Assembly (NCBI GenBank): GCA_963701855.1 | Contig: CAVPBK010000006.1 | Location: forward strand, 736,001 to 800,000 | Direction: 5' to 3' | Length of the DNA: 64,000 bases | From: Nitrospirota bacterium | Lineage (GTDB): Bacteria; Nitrospirota; Nitrospiria; Nitrospirales; Nitrospiraceae | Shown here: positions 51,440 through 61,587 of the stretch, in pieces | Numbering within the stretch: position 1 is the first letter of the stretch | Layout of the letters: each line of letters opens with the position of its first letter | Notes under the pieces: generated by a model | The model's database searches: none | What the model saw: the letters and a program-made list of their open reading frames with translations, nothing else | Told to the model about the DNA's origin: nothing | Position numbers and translations under genes: made by a program

Positions 51440-52397
51440 AGAATCATCCTCGTTCAGATTAGGAGCTCTTCAGAACATCCGGAGACTTGGTTATAGACTC
51501 CACATTCCGTTACAGAAGTAAGCAGCGAAGACTTTCACCATAAACCACTTCAAAGTATGGCGACAATTTACCTGCCAGCCCAGTTATATTATCAATGATG
51601 GCATTCTTGTCTCCATCCGATAGTCTTCCGGTAAAGATTAATCCCCAGTAAATGAGGAGTGGTCTGGATCGATTTGTCGAGAAGACCTTCGGCCAACTTT
51701 CTAGCCTTCTAATCATCGATATTGCGGTCCTTCGATCTCTGGGAGTACATGCCTCCCCAACCTGGCCAGTTGGATAGGCCTGGCATCGCGTTTCGAAAAC
51801 AGGACCTCTGCCAAACAGGGGAAAATGCTACCGCAAGCAGACTTTTCCTCGAAAACGTGAGCTAGGCTAGGGAAGATTTATCAGAAGGTATCACAACAAC
51901 GCCTGGGTACCTAGGACAAATCATGGTTTCGGCTATACCCCACTCGCACATCAAGTATTGCAATCAACACGCAATCTGCCAAACTGACGCCGAGTGGTTG
52001 CCAGCAATGTGTCTTTTGTTTATTTCGCGTATAAATGCCATGACTCCACAGCATGCCCCTCCGGGGGGTGTGCCGATTAAGGCAGGTGTTAATACAGTGT
52101 TAACGGACGCGACAAAACGGGTTGAAGTGAGACGAACAGGGACAAAGTGAGACAAGTAGCCATGGCGCGAATTGCCTGGAGCGCAAAGGGGATTGCCCAC
52201 GTCATCATAGACTTGAGCAACCCCCTCTGATACAATTCCACCTTCGGCACCAAACAAATCCCCCATGCCCTTCACGCATCATCCCTGCCGCCGCTTTCCT
52301 GTGCAATGTTCCGTGACATATAACGCTGACCCATTTTTAAAGCTGATCCTCGTTTCATATTTCACCCCTCACGGTTTTTATGAGTGACGATCGGATC

Positions 52398-52979
52398 ATG
52401 GGGTTCCGGCTCCCCGTCGCCCTTGCACTGTCGATTGTCTATCTCACCGCGCCTGCGTGGGCTGACTTCAAAGCAGGCATGGACGCCTATCTCCGCAGCG
52501 ATTACGCCACGGCGTTGCGTGAGTGGCAGCCGCTGGCCGAGCAGGGACAGGCCGTCGCGCAATACAATCTCGGTCTGCTCTATGCCAATGGACAGGGTGT
52601 CACAAAGGACGATGCCAAAGCCCGGCAGTGGTACGAGAAAGCCGCCGTCCAAGGACACACGGAGGCTCAGGTTAACCTGGGAATTTTATTGATGTATGCG
52701 CGGGGTGGTCAGCAGGATTACAAGATGGCGGTGTACTATTTACGGCTGGCCGCCAATCAAGGAAACGATTTAGCGCAACGACGACTTGGCCAGATGTTTG
52801 AGCGCGGAGAGGGCGTGCCGCAGGACTATGTCCGAGCCTACATGTGGTACAGCCTTGGGTCAGCAAACGGCGCGGAGGCCGGGGCCAGGCTGCGGGATGC
52901 GCTCGCCAAACGGATGGAGCCTGAGCAAATCACCGAGGCGCAAAAGCTGGCGCGGGAGTGGAAACCGAAAGGGAAATGA
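52398..52979 (+). CDS. Sel1-repeat exported protein
   Basis: AEQGQAVAQYNLGLLYANGQGV repeats. Confidence 0.92.
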   Translation: MGFRLPVALALSIVYLTAPAWADFKAGMDAYLRSDYATALREWQPLAEQGQAVAQYNLGLLYANGQGVTKDDAKARQWYEKAAVQGHTEAQVNLGILLMYARGGQQDYKMAVYYLRLAANQGNDLAQRRLGQMFERGEGVPQDYVRAYMWYSLGSANGAEAGARLRDALAKRMEPEQITEAQKLAREWKPKGK

Positions 52980-53307
52980 GCGACGAATAGGCCACAGAGG
53001 GAACCGTATCCATCGAACAACAACGGCCTCCGTAATCCGAAAAAATATCGGATAGGCTCCTACCTCTCACTCAACATCCACGACTGCATCAGAAACGCTC
53101 TAAAAACATGCGGGCTGAACCTGCAAGAGTTCTGATCCACATACCCTCGAAATTCAAGCCTGCCAAAGTTGGCCGACCGCATCCTTAAGTCAGATGATGG
53201 AGGACAGGTTTAGTCATAGGAGCAGCGGTTTAGGAAAGCGTTTTCACCACCCTACTCCAGCCTATTCCAACTCACTCAGGCCCACTCCAGCCAAGGTTTG
53301 CGCGAAA

Positions 53308-54659
53308 TGATCTTCCCCCGATTTTATAGACACTGGTTTCTGTGTGGACCATCTCCATGTGAAGCCAACCGCGATCTCATGCGTGCGCGCCGCAAAATCG
53401 ACGCACACCATTGATCCAGGATCGACGATCATCACGGCGTCCATACGGTAGACGCCCCCGATTGATGGTATGGGTATTGATGCTCAAAGTCCATCGGGCT
53501 CCGATACCCCAAACGCGAATGGCGTCGGCTTCGATTATAGAAGCCCTCTACGTACTCAAAGATGTCGGCGCGGGCTTCTTGGCGAGTCGCATACTGCCGT
53601 CGGTGAATCAGCTCGGTCTTCAACGTAGCAAAGAAGCTCTCCACGACGGCATTGTCCCAGCAATTGCCGGGGCGGCTCATCGAGCCCCGGATTCCGCAGC
53701 TGACTAACCGGTGCTGATAGGCCACCGCGCCATACTGGCTGCCTCGATCCGAATGGTGCAGGAGCCCGGCCAACACAGGCCGTTGGTGCAGCGCCATCTC
53801 TAAAGCCGTCAGCGTCAGCGCGATCGTCTGCTGTGCATCCATGGCCCAGCCGACCACCCGCCGCGAGTACAAATCGATCACCACGGCGAGATAGAGCCAA
53901 CCCTGGCGTGTGGGCACGTAGGTGATGTCGGCGGCCCACTTCTCATTCGGCCGTGTGGCGGTGAAGGCTCGTCGCAAGACGTTCGCCCGCACCACCGCGG
54001 GAAGCGCGCTGGCCGGTGGGCGCCAGCTCCGCCGTCGAACACTGCGGAGCCCATGCAGCCGCATGAGCCGAGCCACGCGATGGCGGCCGACCCGCAACCC
54101 GTGGGCGCGCAGATCCTGATGAATCCGCGGACTCCCATAGCGGCCGCGCGACGCCTGGTAACAGGTCCGAATATGCGTGACCAGCCATTGATTCTGCTGC
54201 GCGCGTGCACCGAGCGGACGACGGCACCAGGCGTAATAGCCGCTCCGGGCCACGCTGAGGACGCGACACAAGACCTCCACGGGATACGCGGCCTTCTCCG
54301 CCTGGATGAAGCGATACCTCATCCCGACTCCTTGGCAAAGAAGGCCACGGCTTTTTTTAGGATGTCGCGCTCCATGCGGAGTTGCTCGACTTCTCGCCGC
54401 AAGACCTTGAGTTCCTCGGTCGCCAGAAAGCTGTGGGATCCTTGGGGCGCCCCCGCCGCTTGCCGCATCCATCGATTGAACGTCGGTTGGGGAATGCCCA
54501 ACTCCCGCGCCACCTGGCACTCGCTCTTCCCACTGCGTCGGCACAAGTCCACGGCTTCCTGCTTAAACTCTGGCGTGAAACTCCGTCGCTGCTGGCCCAT
54601 GAGGCACCTCCCTTCGCTGATTATGCACGGAAGGTGTCCACAAAATCAGGGAAAGACCA
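53308..54659 (-). mobile_element. IS3-family element, apparently intact
   Basis: IRs TGATCTTCCCCCGATTTTATAGACAC / TGGTCTTTCCCTGATTTTGTGGACAC; AAA target duplication; orfA 54319-54600, A7G frameshift motif, orfB WAADITY...HSDRGSQY...DNAVVESFF ending 53432. Confidence 0.93.
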
Positions 54660-54915
54660 AAAGGCGAACTTTGGCTGGAGTAGGCTGGAATAGGCTGGAG
54701 TGAGTTGGAATTGAGCACAAAATGAGCACAACGTGGTGATGAGAAGATTTTAGTTTATACTGACGATCGATAAAAACCGACATCGAAGAGGTTCTAACTC
54801 CACACTCTTTCCCGGCGGCAATCGAAAGAATTGCTGTCTATCATAGTTGAAGGTAGGATCAAGAACTCGGACAAATGAGTATTACAACATCGCATTGTTG
54901 CGTGAGGAGTACCCT

Positions 54916-55722
54916 ATGGAGACCAAGAAATCCTATGAGGCAATCCAGACTGGACTTTCAAGGCGTAAGATTCTGGTTCGTGGAAGCCAAGTCGTGGCGG
55001 GTATGGGCGTTGCCGCCTTGCTCGGCAACCTAGAAGCTTTACTCAGCAAATCGTATGGAATGGCCCCGGCAGCAACGAACCTGCTCGATTCTCTGATACC
55101 CGGTCGGACGGCTTTACTTGTCATCGACATGCAGCGTGACTTCCTTTCACCGAAAGGGTATGCCGCTCAGGCAGGAGTGGACATTACACCCTTGGTCGCC
55201 GCCATCGCTCCAATCCAAAAGTTGTTAGCCGTAGCACGCCCAGCCGGGTTGCTCATCGTGCACACCCGTGAAGGTCATGTGCCTGACCTGTCCGATTGTC
55301 CGCCCTACAAATTGGAGCGTAGCCGGAAGGCCGGAGCAGAAATTGGTTCAAAAGGTCCGCTCGGTCGTCTGTTGGTTCGGGGTGAAGTGGGACACGATTT
55401 CATCGATACCTTACGTCCGCTTGAGAAGGAAATCGTCATCGACAAGCCGGGCTATAGCGCATTCCCTCACACCACCCTGCAACAGGTCCTTACTAAAAGC
55501 GGGATTGAAACGTTGATCCTGACTGGCGTCACCACGGAAGTGTGTGTGAGTTCGACACTACGGAGTGCCGTTGATCTTGGATACCGTTGCATCACGGTGA
55601 GTGATGCCTCTGCGTCTGGAGATCCGAGCTTGCACAAAGCAGCACTGGCAATGATCGGTGTGGAGGGGGGCATCTTTGGAGAAGTAGCCACCACTTCTCA
55701 GGTCGTCAAACGACTTGCATGA
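54916..55722 (+). CDS. isochorismatase-family cysteine hydrolase, BiuH/GuuH-like, with Tat-type signal
   Basis: IDMQRDF, HTREGH.PDL, GPLGRLLVRGE, IDKPGYSAF, GVTTEVCV, VEGGIFG; N-terminal SRRKIL plus hydrophobic stretch; GAGGAG RBS. Confidence 0.85.
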   Translation: METKKSYEAIQTGLSRRKILVRGSQVVAGMGVAALLGNLEALLSKSYGMAPAATNLLDSLIPGRTALLVIDMQRDFLSPKGYAAQAGVDITPLVAAIAPIQKLLAVARPAGLLIVHTREGHVPDLSDCPPYKLERSRKAGAEIGSKGPLGRLLVRGEVGHDFIDTLRPLEKEIVIDKPGYSAFPHTTLQQVLTKSGIETLILTGVTTEVCVSSTLRSAVDLGYRCITVSDASASGDPSLHKAALAMIGVEGGIFGEVATTSQVVKRLA

Positions 55723-55881
55723 TGTTGCGAGCCTACGGAAGTATAGAAGCGATCCAAAAAGGCTCTTGAGTTCAAAAGGCTATCCCTTTGTTTTACTTCA
55801 GGGCCGAGACCGCATCTAAACAGGGGCAGAAACAACTGCTATTGATCAGTGGGTTTCCTGCATCCGTCTAACTAAGCTACC

Positions 55882-55908
55882 TGTCCCAATTTTAAGTGGG
55901 GCACGACA
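55882..55908. mobile_element. solo IS3-type terminal repeat
   Basis: TGTCCCAATTTTAAGTGGGGCACGACA resembles the right IR at 50375-50400. Confidence 0.55.
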
Positions 55909-56121
55909 TTGAAATACTCACTGGGTGTTCCTGTTTTCTGCTTAATTTGTATTCCTTTTTGATTCTTTGTAGTGAGGTAGGCTTCTATTACATTCCATGA
56001 ATTCGCGGCACGGGTGAAGGTGAGGCACTCGACTTCGCATCAGTTACGAGAGCTGCTCAACCGGATGGGCAGGATCATTGAGGGGCAACGGATCGCCTCG
56101 AAAAGCGACTCGGTAGGAGTT

Positions 56122-57001
56122 CTAACAATACTTCTTTAAATCCTTGTCTCCACAGATGTAGTCATTAGTAAAGACAAGCCAATCCTTTCGAAAGTCCCCT
56201 CCGATGCTATGCGCAAGCTCTAACGCGTGCAAAAAATACTTCCTCGCATTTTGCATATCGCCTTGTTCCCAATACGTCATCCCCATATCGTCGTACATTA
56301 TGGCTTCGAGTTGGCTAAGGCCAATAGGGCTCACTTCCTCTTTTTTGGACCGGGCGATGAATTGTTCCATTTCCTCATAGGAGCCGCCCCATCGAGGTTT
56401 AAGAGAGGCCATATACCGACCGCGAGCCAGCGTATTAATCGGAAGCATCTTATTGGCAGCGATAACTAACCCCCCTTGCAAGCTCCTTGTCTCCTCTCGA
56501 TTTACTTATTTCGAGCAACTGGAACACGCTTAAAAAAGGCTTTTCCGTTAGGTCTAAAGAGTTGCTTAACTCAGTGAACGCGATCTCATTGAGTTGTTGC
56601 ATCCTTTGTATTTTATCTTGCGGTGTTTGGCTGATGTACTTGCCCCCTCTGGCATCTGCGGCTTTTCTTTTGAAATGGACACCTCGTATTAAGTGTGCGG
56701 CATATGATCGTGGGATTGCTTTTTTCCACTCCTCAACTTTTGCAAAGGTTTCTTCGTCTAAATCATAAAACTGTCTATAGATGTTTCTGAGTTGGATTTC
56801 CGACAGCGTTCCATTTTCAAATCTCTCTTGAACCTGACGTGTGGCGGATTCGAGTGTTTCAAACTCTTGCGCCTTTAGCAAAGGAAGTAACCCCGTTTCA
56901 TAGTACTCATTAGAAATGCTGGTGCGCGTCGGCGTACAACCCAAGATAGAGGACAACGCGAAGATACTCAGGAGAACGAGTAGATTTATTTTCAATCTCA
57001 T
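56122..57001 (-). CDS. DUF4034-domain/TPR lipoprotein (apparent +1 frameshift in G-run near 56470)
   Basis: Lipobox ILGC; W....P.SYAAHL.RG, ARG..Y; LKPRWGGSYEEM; TPR-like end. Confidence 0.7.
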
Positions 57002-57206
57002 AATAACTTTGCCGCACAATTAGAAACAAGAGAGGATGTCGAATGACATACAAAAGCCTAGCAGACATCGAGAATTTGGCAATCATGCTGCTATAGCATC
57101 TTGGTTTCCCGTTTAAACTGCTCTTGGACAATTCAGGTTCCTCCGGCGAAGACACCAGTTACTTTGCGCTTTTGAGCTAGGGCTATTTCCCGCGACGCTT
57201 CTTGCG

Positions 57207-57360
57207 GCGACTTTTGCCGCGCAGGTAATCAGAATCATCGACGGCGACGCGATGGAAGTCCTGCACAATCAACGCCCTGAACGCATCCGCCTCAGCAGCA
57301 TCGATTGCCCAGAGAAAGGGCCAGGCATACGGCAAGCGAGCCAAGCACACCGCCTCGGCC
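57207..57360 (+). pseudogene. thermonuclease (SNase) fragment
   Basis: Translates VIRIIDGDAMEVL...ERIRLSSIDCPEKG/QAYGKRAK. Confidence 0.7.
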
Positions 57361-57944
57361 ACGGCAAACGCCCACCGCGTCCGACGTGAAATCGCTTGGA
57401 CACGTAAGGTTCCTAATACATTTGTGCTCAAGCCTACCACAAGGCCTGAAACACTCTGGAGGTAATCGTCTTGTTCCGCCTATGACTTAGGAATGATGAC
57501 AGTGGAACTTGACGGCACTGGTTGAGAGAGGTGAAGAGGATTGAAGGTCATATTCATTTGTTTTTGGAACAGGCCGAAGGATACGTCAATGCCTAAGAAA
57601 AATCGACTTCCCCACTCTCGACATTGGGAGAGGTTTTTGGACACTATGCGTGGAACGACTGAGCAGGGGGAAAGAGGCTGAAGGTCGCGTTGAAAGTTCC
57701 GTTCTTGTACAAACTGGTGAACCCAATCAAAGCTCGAATGAGATACAAGCGGCGGTCGTAAAACGGTCATATACATATAGCAGAGCTACTTTCCGCTCAT
57801 TCCTCCCCACTCAATCTCACTCTTTATCAAATCGCAAGTCGTTGACTTGTTTCCGTAAACTTTGTGAAGGTCGCGTCAACCATTGTGGGGGCTGAATTGG
57901 CATCAAATCCCGCCTTCGGCACTATTCCTCCCTCTTTTGTTCCC

Positions 57945-58069
57945 TAGCCCACATTACTCATGAACGCTTCTGTTGCAATCTCCGATCCGCTGCTGCGACG
58001 AGGCCTCGGCCAGCGGGCTCGCGACTCAGTTCAGCGATTTCGCGACGAACCGTCATGACTAGTGCGGGC
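57945..58069. mobile_element. MITE (family C, diverged)
   Basis: GCCCACATTACTCATGAA ... TCATGACTAGTGCGGGC. Confidence 0.6.
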
Positions 58070-58163
58070 AGAACTCTTCAAGAGTAGAATCCTTACCTGG
58101 TAAAGGCGTGGGCACGGACAAGAGGATTGGTCTTTTCGGCTCCTACCGGAGACCAGGGATTTC

Positions 58164-59082
58164 ATGAGAATCGTGGTCAGCGGCGGAACGGGGTTCATCG
58201 GTCGGCCCTTATGTGCCTCGCTCTGTCAAGATGGGCATCAGATTACCCTCCTCACGAGAAGGATAGGAAAGCGCAACGGTTCTATGGCTTGACCGTCACG
58301 GCTGTCGAGTGGAATGGCCGGGAGGCGGGAGCCTGGGAGCATTGTCTCGAAGGTGCGGATGCTGTCATCAATCTCGCCGGTGCGCCGATTGCCGATGGGC
58401 GCTGGACCGATGCCCGCAAGCAACTCCTCACCGAAAGCCGCGTCCTCACTACTCGTCTACTGGTAGCAGCCTCTGTCCCGCAGCCCCTCGAAACCGCGCA
58501 CGCTGATCAACGCTTCCGGTATCGGCTACTATGGGACCAGCGACGATCGTGTGCTGGATGAGGGCGCCGTGCGCGGCCAAGGCTTTCTGGCCGATCTCTG
58601 TCTCGCGTGGGAGGCGGAGGCGCTTCGGGCCGCGGAGTTCGGTGTGCGAGTCGTCATGTTGCGGACTGGAATGGTGCTCGAACAAGACGGTGGTGCCTTG
58701 CCGAAGATGCTGTTGCCGTTCCAGCTCTTCGCAGGCGGCCCGATCATGCCGGGAACCCAGTGGGTGTCGTGGATCCACCGGCGTGACCACATCGGATCTG
58801 ATCCAGTGGCTGCTCGCAACGCCAAGCGTCTCCGGCCCCGTCAATGCGGTGGCTCCCGAACCTGTGACGATGAACCAGTTCTGCGACGCGCTCGGGCGAG
58901 TCCTCCACCGGCCATCCTGGATTCCCGTGCCGGGCTTCGCGCTGTACGTGGCACTGGGTGAACTGGGGACGCTCATGACCACGGGCCAACGGATCAATCC
59001 GGCAAAGGCGCTCGCCGGGGGATACGCCTTTCACTATCCGACGCTGGAACCGGCCTTGCGGGCGATCGTGACGAAGAGATAA
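58164..59082 (+). CDS. TIGR01777/YfcH NAD-dependent epimerase family (three apparent frameshifts)
   Basis: MRIVVSGGTGFIG, AVINLAG, NASGIGYYG, FLADLCLAWE, SWIH, GPVNAVAP in successive frames. Confidence 0.85.
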
Positions 59083-59195
59083 CGGAGGGTGTAGCATGGT
59101 CCCAGCGATCGATCTATTTAAATCCACTCGTGCCGCCGCGAGGCTCTGTGTACGCGGACTTGCACATCGATTGTCATTCACAAGGAGGCATTCAC

Positions 59196-59684
59196 ATGAT
59201 GACCAAGAAGATCACTGTCACGACCACCGTACTGCTGAGTGTGCTGACTGTCGTGTTGTGTCTGATCTCAGGCAAGACGAGTGAAGTCAGGGCTGCTGAG
59301 GAGCAGGACAAACAAGAGAGTCAGACCCAACGACCACACGAAAACGATGCCAATCTGCCGAAGGGTGTGATTGGGGTCTCACTGCGTGTCGGGGCAGAAC
59401 GTATCGGCGATCCGGCTTCGCTGTATGTGGCCCATGTGCATCCGGAAGGCCCGGCACAGCAAGCAGGCCTCAAGCACGGAGATGAAGTAATGACGGTGAA
59501 CGGTGCGGCAGTCACGGGTAAGACCTATGAGCAGGTGATACAGATGGTGCGTGGGGAAGCGGGCACAGCGGTGAAACTGGGTGTGAAGGGAGACGGTGGT
59601 GTGCGCGAAATTACGATCACACGTGTCGCCGCCGAAAAACTCTATAAAGGCGAGATGGGATCACATGGGAGGCCAGCACGATAG
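59196..59684 (+). CDS. exported PDZ-domain protein
   Basis: GVIGVSL, GPAQQAGLKHGD.V..VNG; AGGAGG RBS. Confidence 0.85.
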   Translation: MMTKKITVTTTVLLSVLTVVLCLISGKTSEVRAAEEQDKQESQTQRPHENDANLPKGVIGVSLRVGAERIGDPASLYVAHVHPEGPAQQAGLKHGDEVMTVNGAAVTGKTYEQVIQMVRGEAGTAVKLGVKGDGGVREITITRVAAEKLYKGEMGSHGRPAR

Positions 59685-59860
59685 TCACCCGTCTGAGCGA
59701 GCGCGAGACCGATCGGTTGTGGCAGGAACAGACTCAAGAGCGCACGGCCAACCCACACACGTGATGGACTGATATCCTAGACGCATGACGTTGACGCGAA
59801 CGCGAGGTTGAACGTTCACCTTTCGCGCATCATAGCTGCCGGCGCACAACAGAAGGCAAG

Positions 59861-60814
59861 ATGACGACCCCGCCACTCCGTCTTGGCATCAGCCGTTGCC
59901 TTCTCGGTGAAGAGGTCCGTTACGACGGGAGACACAAACTGGACAATTTCCTGACGGAGGTGTTGGGCCGCTATGTTGAGTGGATCCCCGTCTGTCCGGA
60001 AGTTGAAGCAGGGCTCGGCACTCCTCGTGAGCCGATGCGGCTGGTCGGCAACCCTCAGAATCCCCGACTCGTGACGATCGAGAGCAGGATAGATCACACG
60101 CGCGCACTGGAGACGATGGCCACGAAGCGGATAGAGGGACTTAAGAGTTTGGACTTATCCGGGTACGTGTTTAAAAAGAACTCGCCGAGCTGTGGTATCC
60201 AGCGAGTTCGTCTCTACAATGAGCATGGAATACCCAGCCGGAACGGAGTCGGGCTATTTGCGCGGGCCTTTATCGAGCAGTTTCCGTTGATTCCAGTCGA
60301 GGAAGAAGGACGGCTCTGCGAGCCTACACTCAGGGAGAATTTTATCGAGCGGATCTTCTGTTACCGCCGCTGGCAGGATCTTGCTCAGAGTGGAGTCACG
60401 AGGCAAGCACTGGTGCAGTTCCACACGATCCACAAATATTTGCTGTTGGCTCATAGTCCACAGCAATACGAGGTGCTCGGACGGCTGGTCGGTCAGGCTC
60501 ATCAGCACCGTCCCAAGGATGTCGCTCACCGGTATGGGGAACTGTTCATGAAGGCATTGGCCGTGAAAGCAACGGTGCGCAAACATGTGAACGTACTCCA
60601 GCACATCCTGGGGTATTTCAAGGAGCGGCTCGGCGCTCACGAGAAAGCCGAGCTATTGGGCGTGATCGGTGATTATCATCAGGGACTCACGCCCTTGATC
60701 GTTCCTCTTACGCTGATCAAGCACTACGTTCAGATCTTCGATGTCGGCTACATTCGTGATCAGGTCTATCTCAATCCGCATCCGAAAGAGCTCATGTTGC
60801 GCAATCATGTGTAG
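59861..60814 (+). CDS. DUF523/DUF1722 (YbgA family, TudS-like Fe-S domain) protein
   Basis: GISRCLLG..VRYDG.H, VCPEV..GLG.PRE, KKNSPSCG, YLNPHPKEL.LRNHV. Confidence 0.9.
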   Translation: MTTPPLRLGISRCLLGEEVRYDGRHKLDNFLTEVLGRYVEWIPVCPEVEAGLGTPREPMRLVGNPQNPRLVTIESRIDHTRALETMATKRIEGLKSLDLSGYVFKKNSPSCGIQRVRLYNEHGIPSRNGVGLFARAFIEQFPLIPVEEEGRLCEPTLRENFIERIFCYRRWQDLAQSGVTRQALVQFHTIHKYLLLAHSPQQYEVLGRLVGQAHQHRPKDVAHRYGELFMKALAVKATVRKHVNVLQHILGYFKERLGAHEKAELLGVIGDYHQGLTPLIVPLTLIKHYVQIFDVGYIRDQVYLNPHPKELMLRNHV

Positions 60815-61016
60815 CGGGCTGTTGAAAAAGTCCGCCGGCATTGTTCTCGCATCGCTCAGATCCTCAACGTACTCCAGAGGGTACACCTCCGGTCCTTCGC
60901 TCGCTGCGGCCTTGCTGGACGGTCTTTTTGAACTGCCTGCTGACAATGCGTGAACTGTCTTCGACCGTCGGCATCCTATGTATCCCTGAGTCCCTGAATT
61001 ATTTTTCAACAACCTG
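60815..61016 (-). mobile_element. MITE (family A core, extended)
   Basis: CGGGCTGTTGAAAAA start right after TAG; reverse family-A core; TTTTTCAACAACCTG end. Confidence 0.75.
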
Positions 61017-61049
61017 GTCATGTTTGTGTATGAAGAAAGGAGTCAGGTA

Positions 61050-61559
61050 ATGGCGACTGTTGTACGGGGAGTGATTCTTGTCGGTCACGGCGGCATTCCC
61101 AAGGGTTGCCCGCAGGAATTGATCACGAAACTGAAACGGCTGGAAGGCCAGCGGCGGGCGGAGGGCACACCGATTTCGGCAGAGGAACATGAATTGGACA
61201 CAAGAATTCGCCAATGGCCGAGGACGTCGGAGACGGACCCCTATCGATCAGGACTTGAAGCGGTGGCTGCTCAGTTGCAGGCCAACCTGGGGGAGGTGCT
61301 GTTTGCTGTCGCCTACAACGAGTTCTGTGCACCGACCTTGGAGGAATCGGTGGAGGAGCTGATCAAGAAGGGCGCGACCCACATTACCGTGACCACAACG
61401 ATGTTTACGCCGGGCGGTTCTCACTCGGAGGTGGAGATTCCAGAAATCCTCGATCATCTGCGGCCACAGCATCCTGGAATCGAACTCCGTTACGCCTGGC
61501 CATTCGACCTGAAGCTTGTCGCGAGTACGTTGGCGGAGCAGGTCAAGCGCTTTTCCTGA
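61050..61559 (+). CDS. single-domain CbiX/SirB-like chelatase
   Basis: VILVGHGG, AYNEFCAPTLEE, FTPGGSHSEVEIP. Confidence 0.8.
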   Translation: MATVVRGVILVGHGGIPKGCPQELITKLKRLEGQRRAEGTPISAEEHELDTRIRQWPRTSETDPYRSGLEAVAAQLQANLGEVLFAVAYNEFCAPTLEESVEELIKKGATHITVTTTMFTPGGSHSEVEIPEILDHLRPQHPGIELRYAWPFDLKLVASTLAEQVKRFS

Positions 61560-61587
61560 GGACAGTTTGCGGTTTCACCACTGCAGA

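Larger units (their letters stand above)
49025..57922. mobile_element. mosaic genomic island at tRNA-Leu (no intact integrase seen)
   Basis: 20-bp direct repeat TCAAATCCCGCCTTCGGCAC at 49025-49044 and 57903-57922; inner scar at 52231-52252; IS elements and AT-rich cargo. Confidence 0.85.

Noticed and set aside
51510..51716. 68-aa minus-strand ORF in the island
   Set aside because: Possibly a gene remnant, but no family could be recognised.
53252..53300. Short periodic repeats as a CRISPR array
   Set aside because: Units are 10 bp with no unique spacers, and there are no cas genes in the window.
54780..54915. Guanidine riboswitch upstream of the hydrolase
   Set aside because: No paired ACGR hairpins or ykkC consensus recognisable by eye; a cmscan would be decisive.
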